A stretch of 55,736 bases of DNA from Christensenellales bacterium. GTDB lineage: Bacteria; Bacillota; Clostridia; Christensenellales; CAG-917. Made by a program: the position numbers and the translations under genes. Below the pieces are notes generated by a model. That model searched no databases. It was not told the DNA's origin and saw nothing but the letters and a program-made list of their open reading frames with translations. Below, piece after piece: positions 1 through 10,368 of this stretch; within the stretch, counting starts at the first letter, position 1; each line of letters begins with the position of its first letter. Location: positions 69,671-125,406 of the forward strand of contig JBJETY010000036.1 in assembly GCA_051883555.1 (NCBI GenBank), given 5' to 3'.

Positions 1-35
1 GCTTGTTTTCTTTACTTGAAAACGTCTTACTTGAC

Positions 36-76
36 AAACGTCGGAAACCTCATCGGAACCACTCCGACGTTTTTTT
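36..76 (+). terminator. Hairpin with U-tract, putative intrinsic terminator
   Basis: AAACGTCGGA (36-45) pairs with TCCGACGTTT (63-72), 17-nt loop, T-run follows; lies just past the end of the response regulator gene. Confidence 0.5.
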
Positions 77-122
77 GAAATTATATCCTTTTTGCTTAAC
101 GCATTTTGCTTATCAAAGCAGA

Positions 123-779
123 TCAATCATCCGTTTTATGTTGCTCTTTTCGGTCAAGAATTACAAGTCCGATTTCCCTTGCCCTTACGGCAAGCTCGGT
201 TCTGTTTCTGAAACCCGTCTTTTCAAGCATACTAAGAATATGTGCCTTGACTGCGCCGACCGACATAAATACCTTATCTGCAATTTCCTGATTGGTATAA
301 CCGCCGGTCATTTCTCTCAACACTTCCAATTCTTTTTCCGTAAAATCATAGCTGCTGGCGTTACCTAAAATAAGCTCGGGCGTTCTGTCGGGATATACGG
401 TTTCGCCTTCTACGACTCTGTTCATAACGGATAAAATAGAATCCGTAGATATATCCTTATACCAGAAACCTTCTACGCCGATAGATTTCGCTTTTTCAAT
501 GTACGAAAATTCAGGCATGCTGGTAACGATTATAATTTTAATTCCCGGATAAAGGGTTTTAATTCTCTTAGCCGCTTCCAAACCGTTTGCGGCATTTTTC
601 GTCAATACGTCCATTAAAACCAAATCCACCGAATTTTTAGCACAATAAATATCCGCCACGTCGGCGTTGTCTATTGCCGCAACAAGCTCGAATATATCCG
701 AATGCGTGACTAAATCTTCAAAAAGTTGTCTAGGCATCATCTGGTCTTCTACAATGAGCACTTTATATTTTTTTATCAT
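123..779 (-). CDS. NarL/FixJ (LuxR-HTH) family response regulator
   Basis: Receiver domain (LIVEDQ, DLVLMD phospho-Asp, IIIVTS) plus C-terminal LuxR HTH (FTEKELEVL...GYTNQEIA...VKAHI...K); ATGA overlap with the upstream kinase gene. Confidence 0.92.
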   Translation of the reverse strand: MIKKYKVLIVEDQMMPRQLFEDLVTHSDIFELVAAIDNADVADIYCAKNSVDLVLMDVLTKNAANGLEAAKRIKTLYPGIKIIIVTSMPEFSYIEKAKSIGVEGFWYKDISTDSILSVMNRVVEGETVYPDRTPELILGNASSYDFTEKELEVLREMTGGYTNQEIADKVFMSVGAVKAHILSMLEKTGFRNRTELAVRAREIGLVILDRKEQHKTDD

Positions 780-2074
780 AAACGCCTCCCTTTTAATATC
801 GGCAACTTAATTTTTAATAAAAATTTCGGATTGTAATCAAACTGCATGCTTCCGTTTGACCGTTCGACGAGCATTCTGAGCGAAGAAAGTCCGCCACCTT
901 CCTTTATTTTACCTTTCGGCGGTTTACCGTTATTCGATATTGCAATTTCGTATGCATTGTCGCGCGTTGCTATATCCACGATAATTTTGTCGCCGTCCGC
1001 ATGCGCTGCGGTATTCGTTATCGAAACGTGAATAGCTTTAAGGCATATCGTATACGCCGATTCGTCGCAAGCAGGCATATCTCCGTTTATTATAACGCAA
1101 ATTCCGATTGATTCGGCGGCTTTTTTTAAATCCGTAAGAGCGTCTGCCGCATTATCTTCTTTTATATATCCGAAAGCTTTAACCGTATTTTGCCAAAGCG
1201 ATATTAGTTCTTTTAATTCAAGTCCCTTATTGTTTTTAATGCGGTTTTTAGTCGCTAAAAGCAATTTTCCCATTTCGTCGTGAATATTTATTTTAGCATT
1301 CAGAATTTCCTTTTCCCTGGTTAAACGGTTTATATTGTCGCCGTATTCAATAAGACGTTCGTTCATCTTTTTTAATTCGGCATTGACGGTGCTTATCTCG
1401 GTTGAAAGCTGATATTCTCTCGTCACGTCCGTTGCGTTGATTTCATATATCGTACGATTGCCGAAAATATGCTCGACTCTTTTGAAAGAATATGCTTTTC
1501 CGTTTTCTATCAGAATTATAGGCGTATCGCCTTCTGCAATTACCTTGCAATTTTTGGAAATATTCAATTTGAATACGTTTTCCCAAAATTCTTCGCCGTT
1601 TAAAATTTCATTTCCGAAAAGCGAGACGCTTATATCGTTTGCAACTCTATTAGACAACAAAGGCATACCGTTTTCGTCGTAAAAGCACAAACCGACGGGA
1701 AGTTTATCAACGCTCTCCTTTATAGACATAAGAGAAAGATGCGTTCGGCGATGATATGCAAAATGGACAAACCCTGCTATAAGCAAAACGCCAAGCAGTG
1801 CCGTAATTGTAATTACGACCGCCAAAGGAACGTCCTTAAAGCACTCGATTCCGCCATAATCGCCGTTGACAGAAGTCGCCGTATAAAGGCTCAATAAAAC
1901 GCAGAGCGACAAAAATGCAATGCACGTCCCTACAACGTATAAAGATATATATACGGCTTTAACCTTAAACCTTAAGCCGAATGCAAGCAAAAACAACCAC
2001 AAAACGACTTCAAAAAACAATATTACGCAAATTGCTAACATAGCCTGAGAAGTTAAATCGATAAACGCCATCAA
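776..2074 (-). CDS. Membrane sensor histidine kinase-like protein (HisKA_3/NarX-like)
   Basis: Three N-terminal TM helices, PAS-like linker (LPVGLCFYD), H-box IHDEMG, ATPase motifs SITNTAAHA, ISNNG and EGGGLSSLR. Confidence 0.82.
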   Translation of the reverse strand: MMAFIDLTSQAMLAICVILFFEVVLWLFLLAFGLRFKVKAVYISLYVVGTCIAFLSLCVLLSLYTATSVNGDYGGIECFKDVPLAVVITITALLGVLLIAGFVHFAYHRRTHLSLMSIKESVDKLPVGLCFYDENGMPLLSNRVANDISVSLFGNEILNGEEFWENVFKLNISKNCKVIAEGDTPIILIENGKAYSFKRVEHIFGNRTIYEINATDVTREYQLSTEISTVNAELKKMNERLIEYGDNINRLTREKEILNAKINIHDEMGKLLLATKNRIKNNKGLELKELISLWQNTVKAFGYIKEDNAADALTDLKKAAESIGICVIINGDMPACDESAYTICLKAIHVSITNTAAHADGDKIIVDIATRDNAYEIAISNNGKPPKGKIKEGGGLSSLRMLVERSNGSMQFDYNPKFLLKIKLPILKGRRL

Positions 2075-3726
2075 TCCACCTCCCCGAAGCTCAGCGTCGT
2101 ATAAAACGTTCCGTCGTCCTTTGACGTCTCTATATTTCCGTTACGTTCATAGACTTTGCGACTTATTTTTTCGCTTACGACAATCTCTACGTCCGATAAG
2201 ATACGCAAAGACACGTTCTCATTTTCGCACTTTAAAACGACCATACATTCGGATAATTCCGACAGCTTGCTCTTTATGCAATCGAAAAAGAAATCGAATG
2301 CCAGCTGAATTTTTTTATGTTCCGTCACGGCACTGCCGCTTTCGGTATAAGAACAGTATATCCCCATTAAAGACATATATTCGATAATTTCTTTAACGGA
2401 ATACGAAAGTTCTTCTATTTGCGTTTTGTCGCTATATTCGCCCATAATCGCAAGATTGCTACAACGCTTGACGTATGCTAAGTTTACGCACGCTTCCGAC
2501 ATTACGGAATTAAAGTCGTCTTTTCCTTTTTCTGCCCTTTTTAGAAGTTCGTTTATTTCATTGAGTTGCGGTTGTACTTTAGTCGTTACGGTATCGTAAA
2601 GTTTAGTTCTAAGCAAAGTGCTATGCATTTGTTCTTTCAAACAGTTCTCTGCTTCCGTAAGCTCGTTACTCTCGCTGAGCCGAATACTTATCTCCATAAG
2701 TTCGTCGTTCAATGCGTTTATGGCCGACAACTCGTCAATCCAAAACACGTTGCCGCCTTTTATAGGAGCTTCATTTAACCTGAGATTTTTGTCCACGTCA
2801 TAGTCGGATTTGCCGTTTAACACGTCTTCTGTCAATTCAGACGCATTTTTTGATACGTATACAGATTTTCCGTTCCTATCGACTATAAAGGCGGAAATAT
2901 CGGACGAATAAAAGAATCTTTCGTAATCGTTGTTGGACGGAATAAAACCTATTTGTATGCAACTTTCAAAAACTGCGACAAACGTGATTCCCATAAGTTC
3001 AGGCAACTTGAACATTATATCCGAAACAAAATAACATATTATACATGCAATGGCGCCTATCAAAAATATGGTAAGCGGAATCCATATTTTCTTTCTGTTT
3101 TTAGCAATTCTGCATCTTAAACACAAAACCGCTATACTTGCAATACTGAGAGTTATCGCCCATATAAACGTTACGTAATACACCCAACCGTGTTTATAGT
3201 CCGTTAAAGAATTAATAAACCCTTCGTTAAATATAAAAGCCTGTTGATGATAATCGTTTGTTAAAATCAAAAGAACGATAACTATTGCCGGTATATATAA
3301 AAAATATAAATATTTATTATACCCGTTTACGTCTTTTTGGCCAATATGCATTACCGACAACAAAACTATTAACGGGGCCATACACTGCGGAATATATTGA
3401 CAATACCATAAAAATCTGCTGGCATCGTCGTTGTCTATAACAAAGCGATATTTTATAAGCCTTATAATCATCCAGAATATGAAAAGACCGGCAACGGCAA
3501 TTAACCCGTTTCGCATGCTTTTTTGCATTATTCTGTTCCATACTGCAATACACCATATAATGCCCAAAGAAATAAAGATAAACCCGGAAAGCAAATTGAA
3601 AACTATATTTAAAAAATTATTCATTCTACTGTCAAAAATCTGTAAAACACCCGCAACCAGATATAGCAGCGGCATAACGATTAACAGTATAATTAAATTC
3701 CTTTTTGCTTTCGATACGTTTTCCAA
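2071..3726 (-). CDS. 7TM-type sensor with degenerate histidine kinase-like C-terminus
   Basis: About 7-8 TM segments with LILTNDYHQQAF (HisKA_7TM-like motif) and a coiled coil; LYD where the H-box is expected and no recognisable G-boxes; TTG start, ATGA overlap with the next gene. Confidence 0.72.
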   Translation of the reverse strand: MENVSKAKRNLIILLIVMPLLYLVAGVLQIFDSRMNNFLNIVFNLLSGFIFISLGIIWCIAVWNRIMQKSMRNGLIAVAGLFIFWMIIRLIKYRFVIDNDDASRFLWYCQYIPQCMAPLIVLLSVMHIGQKDVNGYNKYLYFLYIPAIVIVLLILTNDYHQQAFIFNEGFINSLTDYKHGWVYYVTFIWAITLSIASIAVLCLRCRIAKNRKKIWIPLTIFLIGAIACIICYFVSDIMFKLPELMGITFVAVFESCIQIGFIPSNNDYERFFYSSDISAFIVDRNGKSVYVSKNASELTEDVLNGKSDYDVDKNLRLNEAPIKGGNVFWIDELSAINALNDELMEISIRLSESNELTEAENCLKEQMHSTLLRTKLYDTVTTKVQPQLNEINELLKRAEKGKDDFNSVMSEACVNLAYVKRCSNLAIMGEYSDKTQIEELSYSVKEIIEYMSLMGIYCSYTESGSAVTEHKKIQLAFDFFFDCIKSKLSELSECMVVLKCENENVSLRILSDVEIVVSEKISRKVYERNGNIETSKDDGTFYTTLSFGEVD

Positions 3727-3847
3727 CTTTATGGCTATTCCTTAATTTCCTTTATGAATATAATTTAACACAAACGACCGAATTTTACAATATCAACGAT
3801 AATTTATTTCCTTTACAACTTTTACTTATATCGCAACGATTAAAATT

Positions 3848-3879
3848 AAAAGCCCGAAAGACTCTTTCCTTTCGGGCTT
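3848..3879 (-). terminator. Intrinsic terminator after the LRR lipoprotein gene
   Basis: AAGCCCGAAAG / CTTTCGGGCTT 11-bp stem with T-tract on the minus strand. Confidence 0.7.
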
Positions 3880-4000
3880 AAATTTGTATAAACGAAACAT
3901 CGTTATATAATCGTTATATATTTATAATCGTTTGCATCTGTCTGCCACCGTTTGCATTTGTCTGCTGCTTTTGCCTTGTTTTCAGACAAGCCGTCAGCGA

Positions 4001-7000
4001 CTAAAACGCAAATTCCGCCTTCTTGGTTAAATATAAATTTAAATCTTCGTCGTCGCAACTTATGCTAATTGATTTCTCCGTTCTGAAAAGTCCATCGACC
4101 GCTATTGAATAGGATATACCCGTAATATTAATTTCAGCCGAAAAATCAATATTCAGGTTAAGAATTTTATCCGTCATTTCGGATACGCTTGAAGAGTCTT
4201 TGAAAAGAGCCGACTTGCCGAAAACCGAAAGATATTTATAAACTATTCCACCAAGGTAACAATCCTCAACTTTACCCAAAGCGGCGGTTATTGCTTCTTC
4301 GTCTGTAAGCCCTAATTTTTCAAGCGTTTCTCTGCTCAGACTGCCCTTTGCTATCACGTCGTAAATCGCCATGGTTTCGTCCTTCGAAAGCGTATATGCC
4401 GATTGATAGCACCAACCGTCAACTCCTATCTCCTTGCCGTATGCCTTTTCATACGTGCCGCCGTCTAAATCGACCTTAATTGCCGGAAGTATGCCTGCGT
4501 CCGTAAGGCTGACGACGTAATCCTTGCTAAACAAAATCAAAGCCATAACTTCTTGTCTGTTGCTTACCGATGAATAGCCTACAAAATTGCCTTCCTCGTC
4601 GAATTCGGCACCCGTATCGAATATACCGCAACATAAATCTATCTCTTCGTCAGACTCAACGTAACTTGCATTCTTACCGAAAATTTTTCCGAAAAGGTCG
4701 TTTAAACTCCAGCAGCCCTTGTCTGCCGACGTTAAATCGAACAAAACGTTTAATAGGCTTCCCGTACTCAAATTAAGACCGAAAACGTCTTCCGTTCCGC
4801 GAACGGAATATTTATTGTACAATTCGACGTAACTGAATTCCGCTTCGACTTCATCTTCTTTATAAAATTCGACTTTCTGCCCGTAGTACGGCGAAAGCGA
4901 ATCGGTTACTTCATATCCGACGTCGGATACGCCAACTACAAGTTTATATCTTCCGCCGTCGCAAACGTAACCTTCTTCTGCAATAATTTTATCCGTATCG
5001 ACAAAACTTACTGTCTTTAACGCCGTTGCGTCTTCTAAGTTTTCATAAATACCCAATAAGCGTTTGTAGGTAAAATCTTTTTCGTCTACGAAAATTATAA
5101 ATTCGTCCCCCGACAACGCATTGAACAACTCTTTTATTGTTGCGTCGTTGCCTTCTTTGTCTTCGGCAATCAATTCGGATATATTGTTTAAGACGACAAA
5201 ATCTTTAAGGACCCTTACAAAATCGTTTTCGGAATCAATAACTTTAACTTTGATTCTATATTCTCCGTCTGCGTAATCGACGTACGCTTCCGCAAGATTT
5301 ATCTCGGAATTTCCATCAGAATAAGTAAATTTTAAGTAAACTTCGTCCAAAGTAAATCCTTCGCCTGCTACTATATTTCCGTACAACTTAGTATTCAACC
5401 TTCCGTTTAATTCAAAATCATTCCAGACGTCTATTTCGAGCATTTCATAAAATTCTTGCACTCCGCTGCATGAATACTCTTCATAATAAAGTTCAAGAAT
5501 ATCTTTTATCTTCATTCCGTTTAGCGTCATGCATTCGAGCGTATTTACGTTTTCTACTTTAACTTGTCCCTCTTCGAACGAAACGGAAGAAGACTTTTTA
5601 AATACGACGTCGTTTTTAAATTCATCTATAGCAATCGGCGCTTCACCGTCCTCTAATCCGACGAATGAAAAATCAGAGAACCCGACGGAAAAATATAAGT
5701 CTTTTCCGCCTTGCCCGTTAAGGATACTCATTCCTTCAACGTATAAATTGTTTATTAAATTATTCTTTATTTCATAAACGACGCATAAGCTCGAGTCGTC
5801 GGAAACAATACCGTCCGTTAAAGTTGCAAGTCCGTTACAAATTTCGTCGGAAATATATCCTTTCCAGATTTCGCTGCCGCTTCTATCCGTAATTTTAGAT
5901 ATGCCGTTAAAAGTGAAAACGTTTTCTTTTAAGACGTTTTCGAACGATATCATTTCTCCTTTTATCCCAAGACTTTCACCCAGCCATATATCGAAATCGT
6001 CTTTTTCTATCTGAAAAATATCCCCAACAACCATATATAAAAGTTTGTAAAAATCAAAGTCGTTTCCTATAGATTCCGAAACAGAAAGCAAAAATCCGTC
6101 TAAATCGCACACGGACGGTTCCAAATCGACAGTCGCAAATATCGTTTCGAGAATCCCGTTAAAAGGACTGCCACTTATATCCTTATCAAAAGGCACTATA
6201 AATTTTTTATCAAAAATCGTAAGATATAAATTGGTTTTATCCTTTGCAAAATAATCCAATTCAAAAAGCGTAGCGCTTTCATTAAGTCCGGTAAAATATC
6301 CCGTCACGTCGTTAACCGTTATGCTGAACGCTTCATCGTCAACCTCGTCGCCGTTTCTATCGTATACAACCTTTATATCGATTTGAAGATTGATATTAAA
6401 ATCGGATTTTAACAGTAAATCTATTTTTCCCGTTGCATAAAAATTATTATCGGGAAGAATTTCCTTATTGAAAACATTAGCTATTGACGAACTGAGCGTA
6501 GTAAAATAATCGTCGGCGGTTGCAGAAATTAAAATTTGATTTTTAATGCTAATTGTGCATTTCTTTTCGTCGAATGCACCGACATAAGTCAATCCTGACG
6601 GAATATATACCGCCGTTAGCGACGGGCAATTGTAAAATGCCTGTAAACCTATCGATTCAATACTATCGGGAAAATCAATATCAGATAAAAGTTTACAACC
6701 GTAAAACGCTCTTTCGCCTATACTTTTGAGGTTTTCAGAAAAAGATACGTTTTGCAAAGACGAGCAATTTATAAAAGCTTTGGTTGGAATAGATATTATA
6801 CCATTTCCGACAGCCACGGATACCAAAGATGTACAACCTTCGAAAACACGTACTCCGACCGTAGTCACGCTATTCGGCAAAGAAACGGAGGTCAAAGACG
6901 TACAACCGTAAAACGCTTTGTCCCCGATTTTTGAAAGAGACTTGGAAAATGTTACGTCATTGAGTTTTGTACAACCGCTGAAAGCGGACTCGCTAATTTC

Positions 7001-7249
7001 AACAACACTGTCCGGCATAACTACCGATCTTATCGTAGTGTTTTCAGAAAAGGCAGTATAATTGATGGCCGTCACAGTATCGGGAATTTGCACTTTAGTA
7101 TCCGTACCGTCATAATAAATCAAAACGCCATCGGTATCAATAACAAAATCGCCGGTAGACGAAGAACGGATTCCGTCACAAGCAGAAAAAACGGACAACC
7201 CCAATAACATAAATAATATTAATGTAATTATTGTGTACTTTCTATTCAT
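4001..7249 (-). CDS. Large lipoprotein with BspA-type leucine-rich repeats (LRR_5) and a long acidic C-terminal region
   Basis: ATG at 7249 with GAGG RBS (ORF track starts at 7276); signal peptide ending FSA-C; about 7 repeats of xIGxxAFxGCxxLxxVxxPxSV; remaining ~850 aa not recognised. Confidence 0.82.
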   Translation of the reverse strand: MNRKYTIITLILFMLLGLSVFSACDGIRSSSTGDFVIDTDGVLIYYDGTDTKVQIPDTVTAINYTAFSENTTIRSVVMPDSVVEISESAFSGCTKLNDVTFSKSLSKIGDKAFYGCTSLTSVSLPNSVTTVGVRVFEGCTSLVSVAVGNGIISIPTKAFINCSSLQNVSFSENLKSIGERAFYGCKLLSDIDFPDSIESIGLQAFYNCPSLTAVYIPSGLTYVGAFDEKKCTISIKNQILISATADDYFTTLSSSIANVFNKEILPDNNFYATGKIDLLLKSDFNINLQIDIKVVYDRNGDEVDDEAFSITVNDVTGYFTGLNESATLFELDYFAKDKTNLYLTIFDKKFIVPFDKDISGSPFNGILETIFATVDLEPSVCDLDGFLLSVSESIGNDFDFYKLLYMVVGDIFQIEKDDFDIWLGESLGIKGEMISFENVLKENVFTFNGISKITDRSGSEIWKGYISDEICNGLATLTDGIVSDDSSLCVVYEIKNNLINNLYVEGMSILNGQGGKDLYFSVGFSDFSFVGLEDGEAPIAIDEFKNDVVFKKSSSVSFEEGQVKVENVNTLECMTLNGMKIKDILELYYEEYSCSGVQEFYEMLEIDVWNDFELNGRLNTKLYGNIVAGEGFTLDEVYLKFTYSDGNSEINLAEAYVDYADGEYRIKVKVIDSENDFVRVLKDFVVLNNISELIAEDKEGNDATIKELFNALSGDEFIIFVDEKDFTYKRLLGIYENLEDATALKTVSFVDTDKIIAEEGYVCDGGRYKLVVGVSDVGYEVTDSLSPYYGQKVEFYKEDEVEAEFSYVELYNKYSVRGTEDVFGLNLSTGSLLNVLFDLTSADKGCWSLNDLFGKIFGKNASYVESDEEIDLCCGIFDTGAEFDEEGNFVGYSSVSNRQEVMALILFSKDYVVSLTDAGILPAIKVDLDGGTYEKAYGKEIGVDGWCYQSAYTLSKDETMAIYDVIAKGSLSRETLEKLGLTDEEAITAALGKVEDCYLGGIVYKYLSVFGKSALFKDSSSVSEMTDKILNLNIDFSAEINITGISYSIAVDGLFRTEKSISISCDDEDLNLYLTKKAEFAF

Positions 7250-7725
7250 AATGCCCTCGTGTTGTCTGTAACGCAAACCTACATTTATTGATATTATAGA
7301 AGTTAATCAAAAAATTGTCAACTGAGCTTACTTGATGCACAAGTATGTCAGAATTTATACAATTTAACAAAATTTTAGCGTTAAAATATATATTTTGATT
7401 ATTATGAAAAAATACAATCAATCTGACAAACAAATATGACTCATAAACATAAATTAGGAAGAAGTAATAAAACAGTTTAAAGTTAATCGATTTATTTGTA
7501 GCTATGACCACTTTTCAACGCAATAATCATTTAATTCCCGCTCAGCATGTTAGGCAAAAATTCCTAGACAATTTTATCTTGATTTCTAACATTTCAACCT
7601 GCTTATATCGATTTGAAATATTATATCGGCAGTCATTATCGATATTATCGATTTATCTGATTCAAAGGATTATTTATCGTAATTGCAAGTAAACTCCCCA
7701 ACCAAAAATATACTCATTGTTAGTT

Positions 7726-7754
7726 AAAAAAACCCGAACGCTGTTCGGGTTTTT
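7726..7754. terminator. Bidirectional-type intrinsic terminator after lysC
   Basis: AAAAAAACCCGAAC-GCT-GTTCGGGTTTTT. Confidence 0.82.
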
Positions 7755-7833
7755 GTGCTTAAGTTTAAATAATATTTAAACGCAATAACAAGCATATTTT
7801 ATTAAGATTTTATTTTGCGTTATTTATCAAGCG

Positions 7834-9144
7834 TTATTTATTAAAAGCATGATAAATGGCATTTATCGCTTTTTCATAGTCAAACGTATCAACGCCGACG
7901 ATTATGTTAAGTTCGCTCGAACCTTGGTCAATCATACGTATATTGATATTCGATTTCGCCAAAGCGCCGAAAATTGTTGCCGCGGTACCATGTCTCGATG
8001 CCATATTGTGACCGACAGTAGCTATAAGAGAAAGACCGCTGTGAATTTCAACGTTATCTGCTCCGACAGCGTCTCGGATTTTATCGAGAACTTTTTGCAT
8101 CTTATTCTGTATTTCTTCATCGCGCACTACGATACAAAGCGTATCGATACCGGACGGAACGTGTTCGACGTTTATATTTTCATATTCTAAAACGGACAAA
8201 ACCTTTCTTACGAAACCGACTTCAAGGTTCATCATCGCCTTTTCTATAAGAATAATCGTAAATCCTTTTTGTCCTGCTATACCCGTAATTACGCCCGGAT
8301 TTTCAGGAAGTTTTGACGTAGGGACTATCAAAGTGCCGCTGTCTTCCGGTATAAACGTATTTTTTATATTAATCGGAATTCCAACGCTTCTGACAGGGAA
8401 AATCGATTCCGGATGAAGCACGTTTGCCCCCATATAAGAAAGCTCACGCAATTCTCTGTAACTTAAGCATTCAATTTTTTTAGGGCTGTCGACAATTCTC
8501 GGATCTGCCATCATAAATCCCGAAACGTCCGTCCAGTTTTCATAAACGTCTGCCCCTGCCGCTCTTGCTATTATCGCTCCGGTAACGTCACTTCCGCCAC
8601 GAGTAAACGTCTTTACGACGTCGCCCGGCGAAGAACCGTAAAATCCCGGGAAAACGGCTTTCTTAACTTTTTGCATTTCCTGTCTTATAAGATCAAGGCT
8701 GTATTCCAGTTGAAGTTCACCGTCTTCATTAAATTTGATGAGCTTCAAAGTATCCAAAAAAGCATATCCGAGTTTTTTAGCAAGCACTTTTGCCGATAAG
8801 TATTCACCGCGGGAAGCTGCATAATCGGCTGTCGTGGAAGCATTGATTTTTCCTTCGATTTCTTCATAATCTGCCGATAAGTCAAGGTCGATACCAAGAC
8901 CTTCTATTATAGCGTTAAATCTTTCTTTAACCAATTTGAAAGTCTCGGCACAGCTTCCGCTTGCCTGAGCTTCCGCAAAGCACTTGTACAAAAGGTCGGT
9001 AACTTTTGTATCCTGCTTATCGCGTTTTCCGGGTGCAGATACGACAACGTATCTTCTGTTTTCGTCCGACATAATTATATCGGCAACTTGTGCTATCGTT
9101 GCGGAATTTGCCATTGAGGTTCCGCCAAACTTACAAACTAACAT
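7834..9144 (-). CDS. lysC: Aspartate kinase
   Basis: KFGGTS N-terminus, VVVSAPG, RGGSDVTG, WTDVSG, C-terminal ACT domains (IDQGSSELNI). Confidence 0.93.
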   Translation of the reverse strand: MLVCKFGGTSMANSATIAQVADIIMSDENRRYVVVSAPGKRDKQDTKVTDLLYKCFAEAQASGSCAETFKLVKERFNAIIEGLGIDLDLSADYEEIEGKINASTTADYAASRGEYLSAKVLAKKLGYAFLDTLKLIKFNEDGELQLEYSLDLIRQEMQKVKKAVFPGFYGSSPGDVVKTFTRGGSDVTGAIIARAAGADVYENWTDVSGFMMADPRIVDSPKKIECLSYRELRELSYMGANVLHPESIFPVRSVGIPINIKNTFIPEDSGTLIVPTSKLPENPGVITGIAGQKGFTIILIEKAMMNLEVGFVRKVLSVLEYENINVEHVPSGIDTLCIVVRDEEIQNKMQKVLDKIRDAVGADNVEIHSGLSLIATVGHNMASRHGTAATIFGALAKSNINIRMIDQGSSELNIIVGVDTFDYEKAINAIYHAFNK

Positions 9145-9162
9145 ATTCTCTCCTCTATGTAT

Positions 9163-10368
9163 CTACTTAATTATTCTCGCTTCAGTATAATATCTTTTTT
9201 CTTCCGCTTCGCCCATTGAAAACGATTTTCTAGACAATACGCCGTTGGACAAAACGAACTTAAATAAATCGGCTTTTTCGATTTTAGGCATATATATAGC
9301 TACGCCGTTGCCCGACGACGCAACGTTTTTTAAATGCTCGTCGCCGTGAATATAATCGCATTCGCCCTTGCCGTAATCGTCGATTGCTTTCTGAATTTCG
9401 CTTATCGCAAGCGGCGTCAGCTTCGGAACGTCGATATATTCCGCCTTTCCTTTATATTCCACTTTAAGTTTTGCCTCGCCGCTAAGCTTAGCTTTTAAAT
9501 AGTCGATAAAATCATCGTCGACGCCGAAAACGACGCGGTGTATAGGCTCGAACGTTATTCCGTCACTATGTACGTTGTTTATCTCGCACAAAGCAAACCT
9601 TGCAGGATGGTTTTTCTTTTCTTCATCGCTAAGACCTTTTTTAACTTCGTCCCAATGAGTTTTTGCGGTAGCTAGGCTGTGATTTCCGTCGCCAACTGCA
9701 AATATAAAATTGGTTGTCTTTCCGTATTTCGATTTTTGCTCGTCGACATCCGTTAAGCCGTCAAAATCGACGTCGGCAAAAGGCACTTTATATCCGACAA
9801 GACGTCCGCCTCCCATATTGAGTTCGAAGTCGTAAAGTTTTTCATACTTGTCTTTATTTTTATAAACGGGCTCGATTACTTTAAAATGAGGGTCGTCTAT
9901 CAATAACATAATATGCGGCAACTCTAATTTAGCGTCCTTTCTTATTTTAAGTCTCGGCGGTATTCTCGACGCCACGACGCCTTCCGTCGGTCGAATGACA
10001 GACTGTGCGTTTTTAGAAAAATCAAAATCTTCAAGGTCTACCGCCCCGACGATTCCCACACGCTTTATGCCCGATTTCAACGTTCTCTCGACAAGAATAA
10101 AGCTGTCTTTGACGGTCGTAAACACTCCGTCGTTTAAGTATCTTTCCATATTGGCGTTTATTTCCGCTATCCTTTCGTCCTCACCTGCAATTCCCAAATA
10201 AACTTCAGGGAATATCAAATCAAGCGTCGTATAACTGCCTTTTACGTAATTTTCTAATTCATGCCAATATTCAGGCTGAGAAGTAAACTGGTCGCAAGAA
10301 ACTACGGACCATTTCGACATATCAACCGATTTAGGCAAAAGAATTTCTTTTGCTGAAAAAGTTTTCAT
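9163..10368 (-). CDS. DUF1015 family protein
   Basis: WSVVSCDQFTS, AVGDGNHSLATAK and RKSFSMG motifs typical of this Firmicutes family. Confidence 0.8.
   Translation of the reverse strand: MKTFSAKEILLPKSVDMSKWSVVSCDQFTSQPEYWHELENYVKGSYTTLDLIFPEVYLGIAGEDERIAEINANMERYLNDGVFTTVKDSFILVERTLKSGIKRVGIVGAVDLEDFDFSKNAQSVIRPTEGVVASRIPPRLKIRKDAKLELPHIMLLIDDPHFKVIEPVYKNKDKYEKLYDFELNMGGGRLVGYKVPFADVDFDGLTDVDEQKSKYGKTTNFIFAVGDGNHSLATAKTHWDEVKKGLSDEEKKNHPARFALCEINNVHSDGITFEPIHRVVFGVDDDFIDYLKAKLSGEAKLKVEYKGKAEYIDVPKLTPLAISEIQKAIDDYGKGECDYIHGDEHLKNVASSGNGVAIYMPKIEKADLFKFVLSNGVLSRKSFSMGEAEEKRYYTEARIIK

Noticed and set aside
7242-7692. Short ORFs upstream of the LRR gene
   Set aside because: AT-rich, no RBS and no motifs; more likely promoter or non-coding DNA.
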